Origin: Eledone cirrhosa
Taxonomy: Eukaryota
NCBI GenBank assembly: GCA_964016885.1
Contig: OZ024744.1
Location: forward strand, 95,108,001-95,172,000
DNA length: 64,000 bases
Direction: 5' to 3'
Shown here piece by piece: positions 26,465 through 39,379 of this stretch. Made by a program: the position numbers and the translations under genes. Every line of letters starts with the position of its first letter. Within the stretch, counting starts at the first letter, position 1. The notes beneath the pieces were generated by a model. That model was not told where the DNA came from, did not search any database, and saw only the letters and a program-made list of their open reading frames with translations.

Positions 26465-29414
26465 TGTTTAGTGTAATTGGCCATAGGGTTATTTACTCCA
26501 ATAAATACCACTACATGCCAACCACTAATTTAATTTGTTTAGAAGATGTAAAAGAAATGACGATGTAGTAATTGAAACATGACAAATACTTCGGAAAAGT
26601 GTATCAGTAACGATTTGCATTTATTGAAGTAGCTTGTTACAATTTTGGTAGTGAAACGTACATCGTGCCATGATGTGGTGTAATCCTGAGGTATAGGATA
26701 GGATTAGAAAAGGTTTAGCATCTGTGCTTGGTGTGGTCAGTTCTAGAGCCGTTGGGGAAAGAGAGTGTATACCTTTGGCGTAACCATGCCTGGCCTTAAG
26801 GTCAGGAGGCCAAGAGGTGAAAAGAGGTAGATTGTCCTTTGCTCCTTCTTTTATAATCTTTGAAACAGAAGTTCAAGGAGTAATCTAGAAATTCTACGGG
26901 AAGTAACTTTGGCTACTTCCCTTTGTCTAGAGAGCGCTACAAGACTCCCCTCTCAGACGAGAAGTCGAATAACCAGCCGAAGGTCATTGTAGCGTGAACC
27001 CGTAAGAAATGAGGAGCAAAGGTACAAGAAGGTGCATGAATAAAACATAAGCTCGCAACTGAAGCAAATAGCAAAACAAAAACACAAAACAAGTAAATGC
27101 ATTTGACAAAGAAAAAATGTAAATGTAACAAAACTGATAATTCAAAGTTAACAAAGGATCAGAGAAAAATTAATGCTCAATTGTAAGTTCAAAGTTTCTT
27201 AAAAAAAATAGTTTATACATCACTAGTGTGAAAAGGCTGGAAAATAGCACATCAATCAAAAAAATGAATGAATGAATGAATGCAAGAAGAAAATTATGAA
27301 TGAGGCGCTAAGGGGCCAGTGTTATGTATGCCGCTGTGTCAAATGACTGGCTGTTTGCTATTTATAACATGACCACCCAGGGTCTAATAGAAAACAAATA
27401 AAGTCTGACATGGGCGAAAATGTGCAAAATGTTTTCAAAGTTGCTGTTCTTGCATTAATTGTTATAAAAGTTGTTGTTGTTGGTGGCGGTAAAAGTATGA
27501 AACTACCACTTCTGTTATGTTGCTGTGAAATCGCCGTTGGTGTTGTGGCTGTAGTTGTTGTGGTAAATGTTTTACCAGTAGCTGTTGTTGATGATGATGT
27601 TGTTCATGTCCAACGATTCCAAGGTAGGTTGATCAGTTGCAATGGTAACTAAATCGATATGTGCAGGAGATAGTGCGTCCGCAGGTATGTTGGAAGTCCC
27701 AGCTATGTGACGAATGTCATTGGTATACTGTGAGATGAGATCCAGATGCCTATACGCTCTCGGAGAGTACTTGTCAGACTTGGATTGTAAAGCGAACGTT
27801 AACGGTTTGTGGTCCGTGAATATCGTGAACTCCCGCCCCTCCAAAAAGTGGTGGAAGTGCTTCACGGCAAGATAAATCGTCAAAAGTTCTCTGTGAAAGG
27901 TGCTGAATCTCTGTTCTGCTGGTTTTAATTGGTGAGAGAAAAATGCCAATGGTTGAACTTGGTGATCGATTACATGATGCAAAATTGCGCCAACAGCACG
28001 ATCAGATGCATCAACAGATAAGGAAAGCCTCGCATTTGCAACAGGATGGGCAAGGAAGGAAACTTTAGCTAGCTCAGACTTGACGGATTTAAAAGACTGC
28101 AATGCATCGGCAGAAAGTGAAATTTTTTCATCTTTCTTTTTTGCAGCCCTTAAAAACTGTATCAAAGGGAATAACTTGCCCGCACAGTTATATAAAGCGA
28201 CGATAAAAGTTAATTAATCCTTAAAAATGGCGTAATTGTTTCAAGGATGTTAGTGGTGTTAATTGCTGATTCGCCTCTACTCTAGCTGGCAATCTGGAAC
28301 AGGTGGTCTGGGTGAGTCCAGTAGAGATAAAGCAGATAATATTTCCTTCAGAAGATAATAAGTTTATTTTAAGTAGCTGACCGCAGAACGAACGTGCATA
28401 AAAAGGCCCAGCAAGTGACGTCAATTTACGACACAAGGTGTCGCAATTTTTTTACTGGCATTAATAAAATAGCTCGTGACCGAACTATTCTTTGAGATGA
28501 ATAGCAATGAGTGTGTTGGTAAAATCTACCGCGCGGGAAAATGACGAAACGAAGAAGACAAGATGGCTGCTCGAAAATGAAAGAGCAAGGCAGCAGTCGC
28601 CATATTGGTTGTTGGTCTTAAACAAAAGCTTGGTTGAACGAGAAAGACACGAGGTGTAATTTTCAGAAAAAGAAATATCATGTTAAAAAATGAAAGAGTC
28701 CAATTTAATGAATGGTTCGTAGTAAGATGTAGCGAAAGTATAAGCAGCCAAGTTAGAAGCATTTAAAACGTTGTCACCACGTGAGGTGGGAATAGAAATT
28801 TTTTTTTTTTTTAAATTTTCTTCATTCTTCGGTTGGTGTTATTTTACTTTAGGTGTTATTTTACGTTCGGGTCATCATTTTAGTAGTTGGTGTTACACTC
28901 CGTCAGGCTCACCATTTTAGTGTTGCTCGGTGTCACCATTTTAGTGTAATTAGCCATAGGGTTATTTACTCCAGTAAATACCACTACATGCCAACCACTA
29001 ATTTAATTTGTTTAGAAGATGTAAAAGAAGTGACGATGTAGTAATTGAAACATGACAAATACTTCGGAAAAGTGTATCAATAACGATTTGCATTTATTGA
29101 AGTAGCTTGTTACAATTTTGGTAGTGAAACGTACATCGTGCCATGATGTGGTGTAATCCTGAGGTATAGGATAGGACTAGAAAAGGTTTAGCATCTGTGC
29201 TTGGTGTGGTCAGTTCTAGAGCCGTTGGTGAAAGAGAGTATACCTTTTGGCGTAACCATGCCTGGCCTTAAGGACAGGCAGCCAAGAGGTAAAGAAGAGG
29301 TAGATTGTCCTTTGCTCCTTCTTTTATAATCTCTGAAACGGAAGTTCAAGGGGTATCCTAGAAATTCTACGGGAAGTAACGTTGGCTACTTCTCTTTGTC
29401 TAGAGAGCGCTACA
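26465..29414 (-). mobile_element. Internally deleted Ty3/gypsy LTR retrotransposon (LTRs 26465-26941 and 28939-29414)
   Basis: Two similar ~476-bp LTRs; TG...CA ends; CATGCA direct repeat on both sides; polypurine tract GAGAGGGGAG next to the 3' LTR; RNase H ORF 27572-28165 (VDASDRAVGA, RELL, FTDHKPL, NIPADALS). Confidence 0.9.
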
Positions 29415-29625
29415 CATGCATACATATCTACCTAGTTGATGTGTAAATTCCAATGAGAGAGTCTTGTGTCTATGCTAGAAACCGACTCTCTCTCTCTCTC
29501 TATTGGTAAAACTTTGTGAAATTATAAAACCAGAAGAACATACATACATACATACATACATACATACATACATACAGACAGACAGACAGACAGAGAAAGA
29601 GCCGGGGGGAGAGATAGATAGATAG

Positions 29626-32600
29626 ATATGTTTCTTTATTAGCCACAAAAGAAGGGGACAAATACAAAGGGGGAAGTTTACATACAATAAAAATGTGTAA
29701 AATATTATCACAAATGCAATTGAAAAGTTAATCGATTTTCTCCAATAGGGGGAGACATTTCATATGGGTAACACATACCCCCGAAAAAATGTGCAACCCT
29801 CATCTCCAGGAGTACGAAGAGGTTGCACCCCTTTCCTCTCTTCCTCCTTTTCCTCAACCTGCAGGCTGATATAGAGAGGCCCATTCACTCGGGCCAATCT
29901 CGCCACTTTCACCCACCTTTCATAAAATTTGCTGGGGTACAGCACCTCTCTCTCCATCCTGATTCTTCTTCCAAAGTGGTATTTGAAAAAAAGAATCAGT
30001 TGTTGGCCGGAGAGAAAGGTGTCTGACCTCAGCCTTTTTAACCTCGTCCACCATACAACCTCTTTCGCCATAGCTATCACACAAAGGAAAACCGCCTCTC
30101 CTTCGTTTTTAAAGGAAGGTGGCGGTTTGATCATGACAATGGACTCGGTGGTCAACCGGATTGGTCCCACCCGCGACAATAGTCGTTCTACATAGCCCCA
30201 CAAGTCGGTAACGCCCGGGCAGTGTAAGAATGCGTGCGCGACGGTTTCTTCGTCTTGCACGCATCTCGGACAGATCTTTTTCGAAGGGTCCCTGTCCGGG
30301 CGCCCATGTCTGTAGAGCTTGTCTCGAACTGGTAGAGCTCCTCGGTAGCACTGCCAGGCCAGGGACTTTTGGAAGTTGTCCATCGGTCCTGGACGGAAGG
30401 TCCTACCGAACAGACTGGCCAATTTGTCTTCCTCTACACCCAGAGCTTCTCCGAGCGCGTCGTCGCACTTGCTGCAGATCAACCCTCTATAGAATGACGA
30501 AGTGGAGTCTCTACAGATCGCCGGGTCCGTCTGCCGGAGGGCTGTGAGCGCCTGAGCACATTCGATGTGCCAGTCGCCCATTTTCCTCGGTCTTTGCTTG
30601 ACCCAGGACTGCAGCTCGGTCAGCGTGACGAAGAGAGGCCGCAGCCTGAGCGCGTGTTTTCGCATCGTCAGCCACGGCATCCCCAGCCCTCCGTTGGAAG
30701 GGTGTTGGCAGCAGATGGATCTTCTCACCAAAGGAGCCCGTTTGGTTTGCCTCTCCACGATCCGAGTTGCAAACCGATGGACTTGTCCCGGTTCAGCTTC
30801 GCTCCTGTGAACCTTTCGTATTCCTTCAGTAAGGTACCAACTTTCTCGATTTGCGAGGTGCTCGACACCATCACTGTCACGTCGTCGGCGTAGGCCGACG
30901 CCGCTTTCTGCAGTCCCGGTTCCAGAGGGATGCCCTGCAATAGCTCCAACTTCCGCAGTAGTGGCTCGAGCGTCAGTACTTACAGAAGGGAGGAGAGAGG
31001 GCATCCCTGTCGAATGGATCGCGTGATATGGAACGGCTGTGAGAGGTAGCCGTTCACCTTGAGCAGATGTTGCTGTTGTTCATTGCAGCAATCCAGCCCC
31101 TGAACACGGGTCCGAAGTCTGCCGCCTCGAGCACCGCATCCAGGTAACGATGGTCAACCCTATCGAAAGCCTTAGACTGGTCCAAGTTGATCAGGGCTCC
31201 ACCGAAGCCGGGTTTACACCCTACCCTCTCTATGATGTATCGCATGAGGTGGAGGTTGTTGTGTATGGACCTGGTGGGGATTGCGCATGTCTGCGCTTCT
31301 CCCACCAGGTTTTCGACGACAAGCGCCAGCCTCTTTGCCAACACCTTGGCCAAAATCTGTAACTCTGTATTTAGCAGAGTTATGGGCCGGAAGTTGCCTA
31401 TGTCATCCCCCTTATTCTCGTCCTTCCTGACTAGTGTGACTACGCCCCTGGTCACAGAACTGGGAATTCCCCCGTTCTGCTGCCAGTTGCAGTAGATCGC
31501 TCCCAGGAGACCGGAGAACAAGTCCGGCATTGCTACGTAAAATTCGTAGGGTAGACCTGGAGATTTGCGTTTGCCGCATTGGCTCAGCGCGTCCCCTATC
31601 TCAGCGGCTGAAATCGGCTTTTCGCAGAACTTCGCCTCGCTGTCCGAGAGTCGCGGTAGGCCGTCGAGGTTTGGACCGAAATCCATATCCCCTCCCGGCG
31701 CGCCGCCCTGCCCGAACAGCTGAGCAAAGTGCCGCTGAAAGGCCGCGCACATCTGCTTCGGCTCACGTATCACGCATCCGTCTTAATCCTTCAAAGACCG
31801 AATCGTGGACTTGTTGCCATTTTTTGCCTCCGTCACCCGGGCCCAGCTAACAGCTTTGGCTCCCTCGTTACCCAGAGCACGTAAATAGGACCGAGAAGGA
31901 ACTGATAGATAAAGTAGAAGTGGCAACGCAGCCCTCGTGCTTTGCGTCGAAGAACTGGCCCAAGGCCGTTGTCGTTGCTAGCACGCTGGCTACGTTGCCA
32001 CTTCTAATTGCCTCTTCTACTTCATCTATCAGTTCCTTCTCGGTCCTATTTCTATTTAACGCTAATTCTTTACTAAAAACTAACGAGTCTAATCTAACTT
32101 CCCTCTTGAGAGAGTACCACCATCTGTTGTTGACAATGGCTCCTGTTTAACTAAAGTGCTAATCCGTCTACTGTAGGCTTTGCATGTCGGTAACGACAAG
32201 TTCAGCTTCCAGTAGCCGAGTCCTTGTCTATGGGTTCTAACAAGGTTTACCATGCAGGTCACTAGTTTGTGATCTGAATAGGCAACCATGAACATTTGTG
32301 GACAGCTTAACATGTTCCTGTCTTTATTTTTAACTAGAACCCTATCTAGATACGATCTAGATGTTCCGCTGAGATTAGTGCACGTCCACAGTGACACAGT
32401 TGGTGGTTGTGTGTTTGTTGCCTTTTTGTTCGTGTTATGTTTTTTTTCTTTTTTTTTTGGAGCGGAGGGGTTCTCCCTCATCACTGAGTGATGACGAAGG
32501 GGCTTCGTCCGTTGTGGTGTCTGTTTGATTGGGGAGGGGTACGTTTTGGGGAGCTGTTGTGCTTGTGGGTGTTTTGGGAGTTTAGGTGGGGGGGGGGGGA

Positions 32601-33165
32601 GTTAGGGGGAACTGTGTTTGCAGTTTGGTTTGTTTTTATTATTTTTGTATGTTGTTGTTGTGGTGGTGGTGGTGGTGGTTATGTTGTTGTGTTAGGTGTC
32701 GGCAGTAGTGCCTTTTTTTTAATGCACTTAATTGAGGACAGGAAGCCCTCAGGTGACCACTGCTTAATCACTGGTAACATGAAGGCCGCCTACCCTCAAC
32801 AGAAATGTTTATGTAGGAATTTCCATCCAGAGGCACACGTTGTGGGATTCTAGCTATCCGTTCTGGTCTCATTTGGACTAGAACTTCTAAGCTTGTACCA
32901 TTGAATTTGTCCCTGGAGGACTTTCCTACTGAAATTACTGTATATTCATCAAAATTGATGAAACCAGCTAATATCCACCAGATGTTTACATTTGGTGTGA
33001 TATTTGTTACTCTTATTTTTTGGGTCCTTTTTCCCATATATGTGGGGAAAGGCATCGGAAGCCATGGACAAGCTGTGATCCCCGTTTGGCTTTCTAAATG
33101 GCACGCCTAATTTCAAAATTGTCTTGAATTTTTTAATAGTGCGGTCCGCCTTATGATGAGCCATG
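29626..33165 (-). mobile_element. Decayed Tx1/L1-clade LINE
   Basis: APE remnant (YLDRV, SDH, YWKLN), RT (FRPITLLN, DQSKAFDRVDH, AYADD), C-terminal CPRC..ETVAHAFLHC, ORF1 remnant 32768-33164, AATAAA at the 3' end. Confidence 0.9.
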
Positions 33166-33269
33166 TGCTATGTGGCACACTGCTCGAAAAAGGCTGCCTA
33201 CGTATGCCCAGTGACGTAACTAAGGAAAATAGCACCTATAGTAAACAATGAAATTGTGTCCCTGCCCAG

Positions 33270-35320
33270 CACTGTATAATTTTACCTATGGGCCTAATAA
33301 TCTATATATAAATTTAAGCGACTTCCATCCGTCCGTCACACAATGTGTGTGAGTATGTGTATGTGTGTATGTGTATTTGTGTGAATGTGTGTGACAAAAA
33401 CTATAGCAAAATAGCTGAGGAAGAGCCTGACTTTGGAGATAAAGCTGGACATTTTGAAAAGGAAGGAATAGGGGCAAGGTACGTCCGCCATAAGTCATAA
33501 CTTAGGCCTAGCCCAGTCTACAGTCTGGACTGTTTTAAAAAATAGTGAGGCTGTCAAAAAAGCTGGGGAGAATGCTACGAGTCTACAGAGTAAATTGTTG
33601 ACTAAACATCGTCAGCCGATTATGGATAGGATGGAAAGGTTGCTCAAAATTTGGATCGGCGACCAATATCGTCACAATATGCCTCTGTCTTTAAATGTAA
33701 TCAGTAAGAAAGCATTGTCCATTATTGACAGGCTCAAGACTGACATGGGGGTGGAGGACTTTGTATTCAAGGCAAGCAAAGGCTGATTTGATAAGTTCAA
33801 ACGACGTTTGAGTCTTCACAACATAAAAGTTACAGGTGAGGCTGCCAGTTCCGACAAAGAGAGTGCTGAAAAATTCAAGGCAGAGTTAGAGAAATGCATT
33901 GCAGAGAAAGGGTACAGCAAAAAACAGGTTATTAATTATGAGGAAACAGGACTTTATTGGAAAAAGATTACCAGTAATACTTATATTGACAAGGAGGAGA
34001 AAAGTGCGAAGGGGTTCAAAGCCTCAAAGGACCGCATTACTCTGTTGCTTGGAAGGAATGCAGAAGGAGATTTAAAGCTAAAGCCACTCATTATCTACTA
34101 TTCTGAAACTCCAAGAGCACTTAAGGGGTTACTTAAGCAATACCTACCAGTGATATGGAAGTCTAATAAGAAGGCATGGCTGATCACTTCAATTCACCAG
34201 GATTTTTTCACCTCATATCTGTCACCAACCCTTAAGGAATATGCATTAGCTAACAACATTGCCAACCGTTTTCTACTATTAGTGGACAACGCTCCCAGCC
34301 ACCCACGGGCAAGACTGGTCAGAAAATTTTGAGGTTTTGTTTCTACCAGCGGAGAACCATGCAGCAGCTGATAAAGGGCACAGATGGGCCTGACAAGCCC
34401 ATGATCAGGGAATGGTGGAAATTGTACAACATCAAGCACAGCTTAGACAACATCAAGGCATCTTGGGAAGAAGTGAAACAGTCTACCATGAACTTGACCT
34501 GGAAGAAATTATGGCCAGCATGTGTGAATGACTTCCAAGGCTTTGCTGAGGACATTGGTGCGATAAAAAAAGATATTGTAAATCTCTGCCATAGAGCTGG
34601 CTTCGAAGGTGTTAATGATGATGATGTGCAAGACCTTTTAGAAAGCCACGCTGAACCACTCTCCAATGATGAACTCATAGAACTAGACAAGGCGATACAG
34701 GAGACAGAAAAAGAAGAAGAGGAGCAAGAAGAACCTGTGTGTGGCTTGGACATAAAAACTCTAAGAGAATGTCTCGAGAGTATCGAAACAATCTTAGAAA
34801 CCCCGAAGGAGCGTGACCACAAACCTGCTAAGAGCAGCAAAGTGGCTCAAGACATTGAGAAAAGCGTCAAGATTTACCAAGAAATGTATGAAGCCAAAAG
34901 AAACACCGCCAAACAGTCCTCCATCTACTCTTTCTTCAAGCCAGTCACACCTGCCAACCGTGCTACAGCTGGCCCTTCAACATCCACTGCAGTCAACGAG
35001 TTTGTTGGTTTTGAGCCTCCCACATCACCCTCATCCTCCCCTGCCAACTCAGCCCGAGATGAGTAAGGGCTGAAACCCATTCTGTCCCTTAGCTTCGGGA
35101 GGGACAAATGAAGGGGTACATCATCTGATGGACTACGCGGCATGTATAAGGTACAGTAAATAAAAAAAAAAATATTATTTCTTTTCTGTAGGGATGACTT
35201 TTTCGATGTGCTGGAACGCATCCCTATCTATTTCATGTTATAATGGGTTCTTTATACGGTAATTCGATATACGGTAAGGGTTTCAGGAACGCATATATAC
35301 CGTATATCGAGGACTCACTG
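33270..35320 (+). mobile_element. Tigger/pogo DNA transposon (TIGD1-like transposase pseudogene)
   Basis: psq-type and CENP-B HTH remnants (FKASKG*FDKFK), DDE_1 motifs (ETGLYWK, KDRITLLL, LLVDNAPSHP); stops and an internal deletion; right TIR ...atatcgaggactcactg-TA. Left TIR not found. Confidence 0.88.
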
Positions 35321-35351
35321 TACTTACTTTATAATTATATACATATATATA

Positions 35352-35417
<66 letters not shown>

Positions 35418-35419
<2 letters not shown>

Positions 35420-35695
35420 ATATAGAAATGGCTTCTACAGGACTAGAACTGTTTCATTCGGAGGAAATCATAGGGTCATGTTGCTATATATATAGGTAGT
35501 GGACTAGAGCCATCAAAAATAACGTCAATACTGTTGAATGGTTTTAATTTTGGAGCCCAGTCCTTTCTGATGATTTCCTCCAAATGAAACAGTTCTAGTC
35601 CTGTAGAAGCCATTTCTATATTAAATTACTTTTACTCTGCTATGTATTGAGTACCTTACTTACTGTGGTTATCCCCGATTTAACCCGGGATCTAC
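35418..35695. mobile_element. Family C fold-back with hammerhead core at 35567-35600 (+)
   Basis: 35418-35470 is inverted at ~35571-35625; CTGATGA-ttt/aaa-t-GAAACAGTTCTAGTC. Confidence 0.65.
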
Positions 35696-35703
35696 ATATA
35701 TAA

Positions 35704-35788
<85 letters not shown>

Positions 35789-35789
35789 C

Positions 35790-35844
<55 letters not shown>

Positions 35845-35851
<7 letters not shown>

Positions 35852-36365
35852 ATACTTTGGGAGGGTCATGTTGCCAATAAGAAACACACGCACCAGTTGC
35901 TTTCACTCCAATTTATTATAAATTAAATTTATAAATTTAAGAATTTATAAATTTCCGGTTGGTTGGTTGGTTCCACAACCGGACGGTTGTTCATATATTG
36001 TCAAAGTTCTTTCGTCACACATTCTGTGACCTCTTCAGTGACTGGGAATTCTTCTCTTTGTTTTGTGCCTCTCCTTTGTTCTGTCCTACGCCATCTTGAT
36101 TTTTGAAAAAACAAGATGGCGTAGGACAGAACAAAGGAGAGGCACACAACAAAGAGAAGAATCCCCAGTCACTGACAAGGTCACAGAACGTGTGATGAAA
36201 AAATTTGACAATATATGAACAACCGTCCGGTTGTGGAACCAACCAACCAACCGGAAATTTATAAATTCTTAAATCTATAAATTTAATTTATAATAAATTG
36301 GAGTGAAAGCAACTGGTGCGTGTGTTTCTTATTGGCTACATGACCCTCCCAAAGTATAATAATAT
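35845..36365. mobile_element. Fold-back element, family D (~250-bp arms) with a hammerhead at 36000-36042 (-)
   Basis: Arms 35845-36098 and 36112-36365. Minus strand gtca-CTGAAGA-g-GTCAC/GTGAC-GAAAG-aa-CT-T-tgac. The plus-arm copy (~36168-36210) has core mutations. Confidence 0.75.
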
Positions 36366-36588
36366 CGGTTTCAACACACGTTTTCAGATAAAGAATCTTG
36401 CTAAACAAATTCAGAAACGAAATATATATATATATATATATAAAATATTAAAAAAATAATGAATAAAACAATGAAACAGTTCCTTATATTAAACAAAAAA
36501 AGTTCATTATTTAACGATCGTTTCTAGGATATATATGTGTTAGAATTGGCATGCATATTCACTACCGTAAACTCTTGGTAGATTTATC

Positions 36589-36686
<98 letters not shown>

Positions 36687-36719
36687 TACATATTTATATA
36701 TATATATATACATATATAC

Positions 36720-36750
<31 letters not shown>

Positions 36751-36764
36751 ATATACATATATAC

Positions 36765-36855
<91 letters not shown>

Positions 36856-36880
36856 TATACATATATACATACATATATAC

Positions 36881-36922
<42 letters not shown>

Positions 36923-36924
36923 AT

Positions 36925-37270
36925 GGAGGCACATGGCTTAGTGGTTAGAGCATTGGACTTGCAATCGAAAGGTTGTGAGTTCAATTCTCAGACCGGGTGA
37001 TGTGTTGTTTCCTTGAGCAAGACACTTTATTTCACATTGCTCCAGTTTACTCAGCTGTAGAAATGAGATGATAGGGAGTGGGGTCCATATCATTCCACTG
37101 CAAAGTGGTCGTGGAGGTGCCACAGCAAAAAAAAAGCACCCAGCACTCACTGTAAATGAGGTTGGTGTTAGGAAGGGCATCCAGCTGTAGAAATCAAGCC
37201 AGCATCAGTTCCCGTCCCACCCTTGCTAGCAGGGAAAAAGCGGATGTAAAATGATGATGATGATGATGAT
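36925..37270 (+). mobile_element. tRNA-derived SINE family 2 with RTE-like (GAT)n tail (second copy 37662-38000; partial ~22690-22870 -)
   Basis: ggaggcacatggcttagtggttagagc...gagttcaattc head; ttgagcaagacactttatttcac body; tail ggacgtaaaatgatgatg. Confidence 0.85.
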
Positions 37271-37294
37271 ATATATATATATATATATACATAT

Positions 37295-37340
<46 letters not shown>

Positions 37341-38065
37341 ATACTTTGGGAGGGTCATGTTGCTATATATATATATATATATACAGAAGTAGTGGACTAT
37401 AACCATCAAAAATAACGTCAATACCGTTGAATGGTTTTAATTTTGAGACCAGCATTGATATGCCATATATACCAGGATTACTGAATATATGAACAATATT
37501 ACAAACTGGGAAATTTGAGTTTTTATAAATCTATGGTTTGCATAAGAGAAATGCTGTAGTTTATGTTGTTTCTGATGCATGGAAGTGATTAAAAATTAAA
37601 AATAATATTTTAATAATTTCTTTCTTTGATATAATTGCATAAATGTTCAGTATATATATATAGGAGGCACATGGCTTAGTGGTTAGAGCATTGGGCTTGC
37701 AATCGAAAGGTTGTGAGTTCAATTCTCAGACCTGGTGATGTGTTGTTTTCTTGAGCAAGACACTTTATTTCACATTGCTCCAGTTTACTCAGCTGTAGAA
37801 ATGAGATGATAGGGACTGGGGTCCATATCATTCCATATCAAAGTGGTCGTGGAGGTGCCACGGCAAAAAAGCACCCAGCACTCACTGTAAATGAGGTTGG
37901 TGTTAGGAAGGGCATCCAGCTGTAGAAATCAAGCCAGAATCAGTTTTCGTCCCACCCTTGCAAGCAGGGAAAAGCGGACGTAAAATGATGATGATGATGA
38001 TATATATATATATAAACATGAAGTAAAATTCAACAGATTAAAATCAACTTTGTTTATTCATAGTC

Positions 38066-38390
38066 GCTGTTATATATATATTTTGGTGAAAACTGTTATG
38101 CAACAGCTATGACATCATCAGGCAGCTAGAATTCGAACAGAAAAAAACACCCAGAAAAATATAAAGATGATTCTGTTGTTTCAATTCATTTCAATTCATT
38201 GTAAAAAGAAATGTGTCTGTTTGGGTGCAGTTATCTAATCCAGAGGGACAGTAACTGTTGTAGTAATGTCTGTGGTATCTTTAGTGGTGAACCTTTGTCA
38301 ATCAGTTTCATGGCGCAGTCTTCGATGTTTAAGAGAATAGCAGCAACACTGTCCGAACTGTTGAGAGCAAAACTCTCTAATTGACATGAC
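38066..38390 (-). mobile_element. Possible Penelope-like 3' remnant with a decayed hammerhead (38066-38126)
   Basis: Minus strand gctgc-CTGATGA-stem II-aaaa(G12A)-tatatata-TA-acagc. The upstream frame SDSVAAILLNIEDCA loosely resembles GIY-YIG C-terminal segments. Confidence 0.45.
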
Positions 38391-38392
38391 CC

Positions 38393-39120
38393 ATCATCAT
38401 CAGGTTTAGCGTCCGTGTTCCACGCTTGCATGGGTTTGGACGGGGGTTTTCCCACTTGAGGCAAGAGTGGTTGTCTTGCTCGCATAGGACTGTCTGGCGG
38501 GTTTTCTACAGTTGGATGCCCTTCCCAACACCAACCACATTTACAGTGTGGGGCTGGGAGGTTTTTACCATGTTGCCTACACGGCCACATTACAGCGTGG
38601 ACTGTCTGGCGGGTTTTCTACAGCTGGATGCCCTTCCTAACACCAACCACATTTACAGTGTGGGGCTGGGAGGTTTTTACCGTGTTGCCTACACGGCCAC
38701 ATTACAGCGTGGACTGTTTTTTGTCGTGACACCTACACGATCTCATTTGTTTCGGCCTGGATGTTGTGGGACCAACATAACTTTACATTGAAAGGGGCGG
38801 TGTGGGTGGGGTGGAGGTGGTGGGATGGGGGTGTGTTTTGATAGAGATGCCTACTGACTGTAGTAGGTTTTTACTTTGTATTTAGGTAAGGCGGGTCTTC
38901 TCTATTACTGAGTACCGCCAAAGGTCTCGGTCCAGTGACATTGTCTTGGAGAGGTGTAAGCGTGTGAGGTCGGAATTTATCAGCTCGTCCCATGTTTTTC
39001 TGGGTCTGCCTACTCCGTGGCTACCGTCTATCTTTATTGCCCTGCACTTTGTTATACAGCTGTCGTCTTTCATGCGCATCACGTGTCCATACCAACGTAG
39101 CCTTCTCTCGAGTAAACAAC
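38393..39120 (-). mobile_element. RTE-clade LINE 3' fragment (homologue at ~56270-56915 +; others ~5640-6200 -, ~9180-9350 +)
   Basis: RRLRWYGHVMRM...GRPRKTW...DRDLWR C-terminus followed by a 3' UTR with a (GAT)n tail. Confidence 0.85.
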
Positions 39121-39379
39121 AGTGTTTGATATTCTCTGAGTCTCTGAGAAATATTTGTAATTTTAAGGTCAGTAACTAAATAAGGCTTTAATCTGGCTTT
39201 AAAGAGGACTTGTGGTATTTAGCATTCAGTTTCTGCAATATTCATAGTTTATATTAAACATTCATTTATGACTTTCCTTAAATAAACACATCTTCAAAAC
39301 AACAGATCACTCCTTTCATGTCTCAAATAGTGTGAATTCCAAAAGATAGTGATTATTTTACCATGACATTGACCACTGT

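Noticed and set aside
33595-35066. Domesticated TIGD1-like host gene
   Set aside because: In-frame stops, an internal deletion in the DDE domain and a retained TIR indicate a dead transposon.
36925-37000. tRNA gene (also SINE heads at 12820, 20513, 37662, 43131)
   Set aside because: tRNA-like head continues into a SINE body and tail; acceptor stem not intact.
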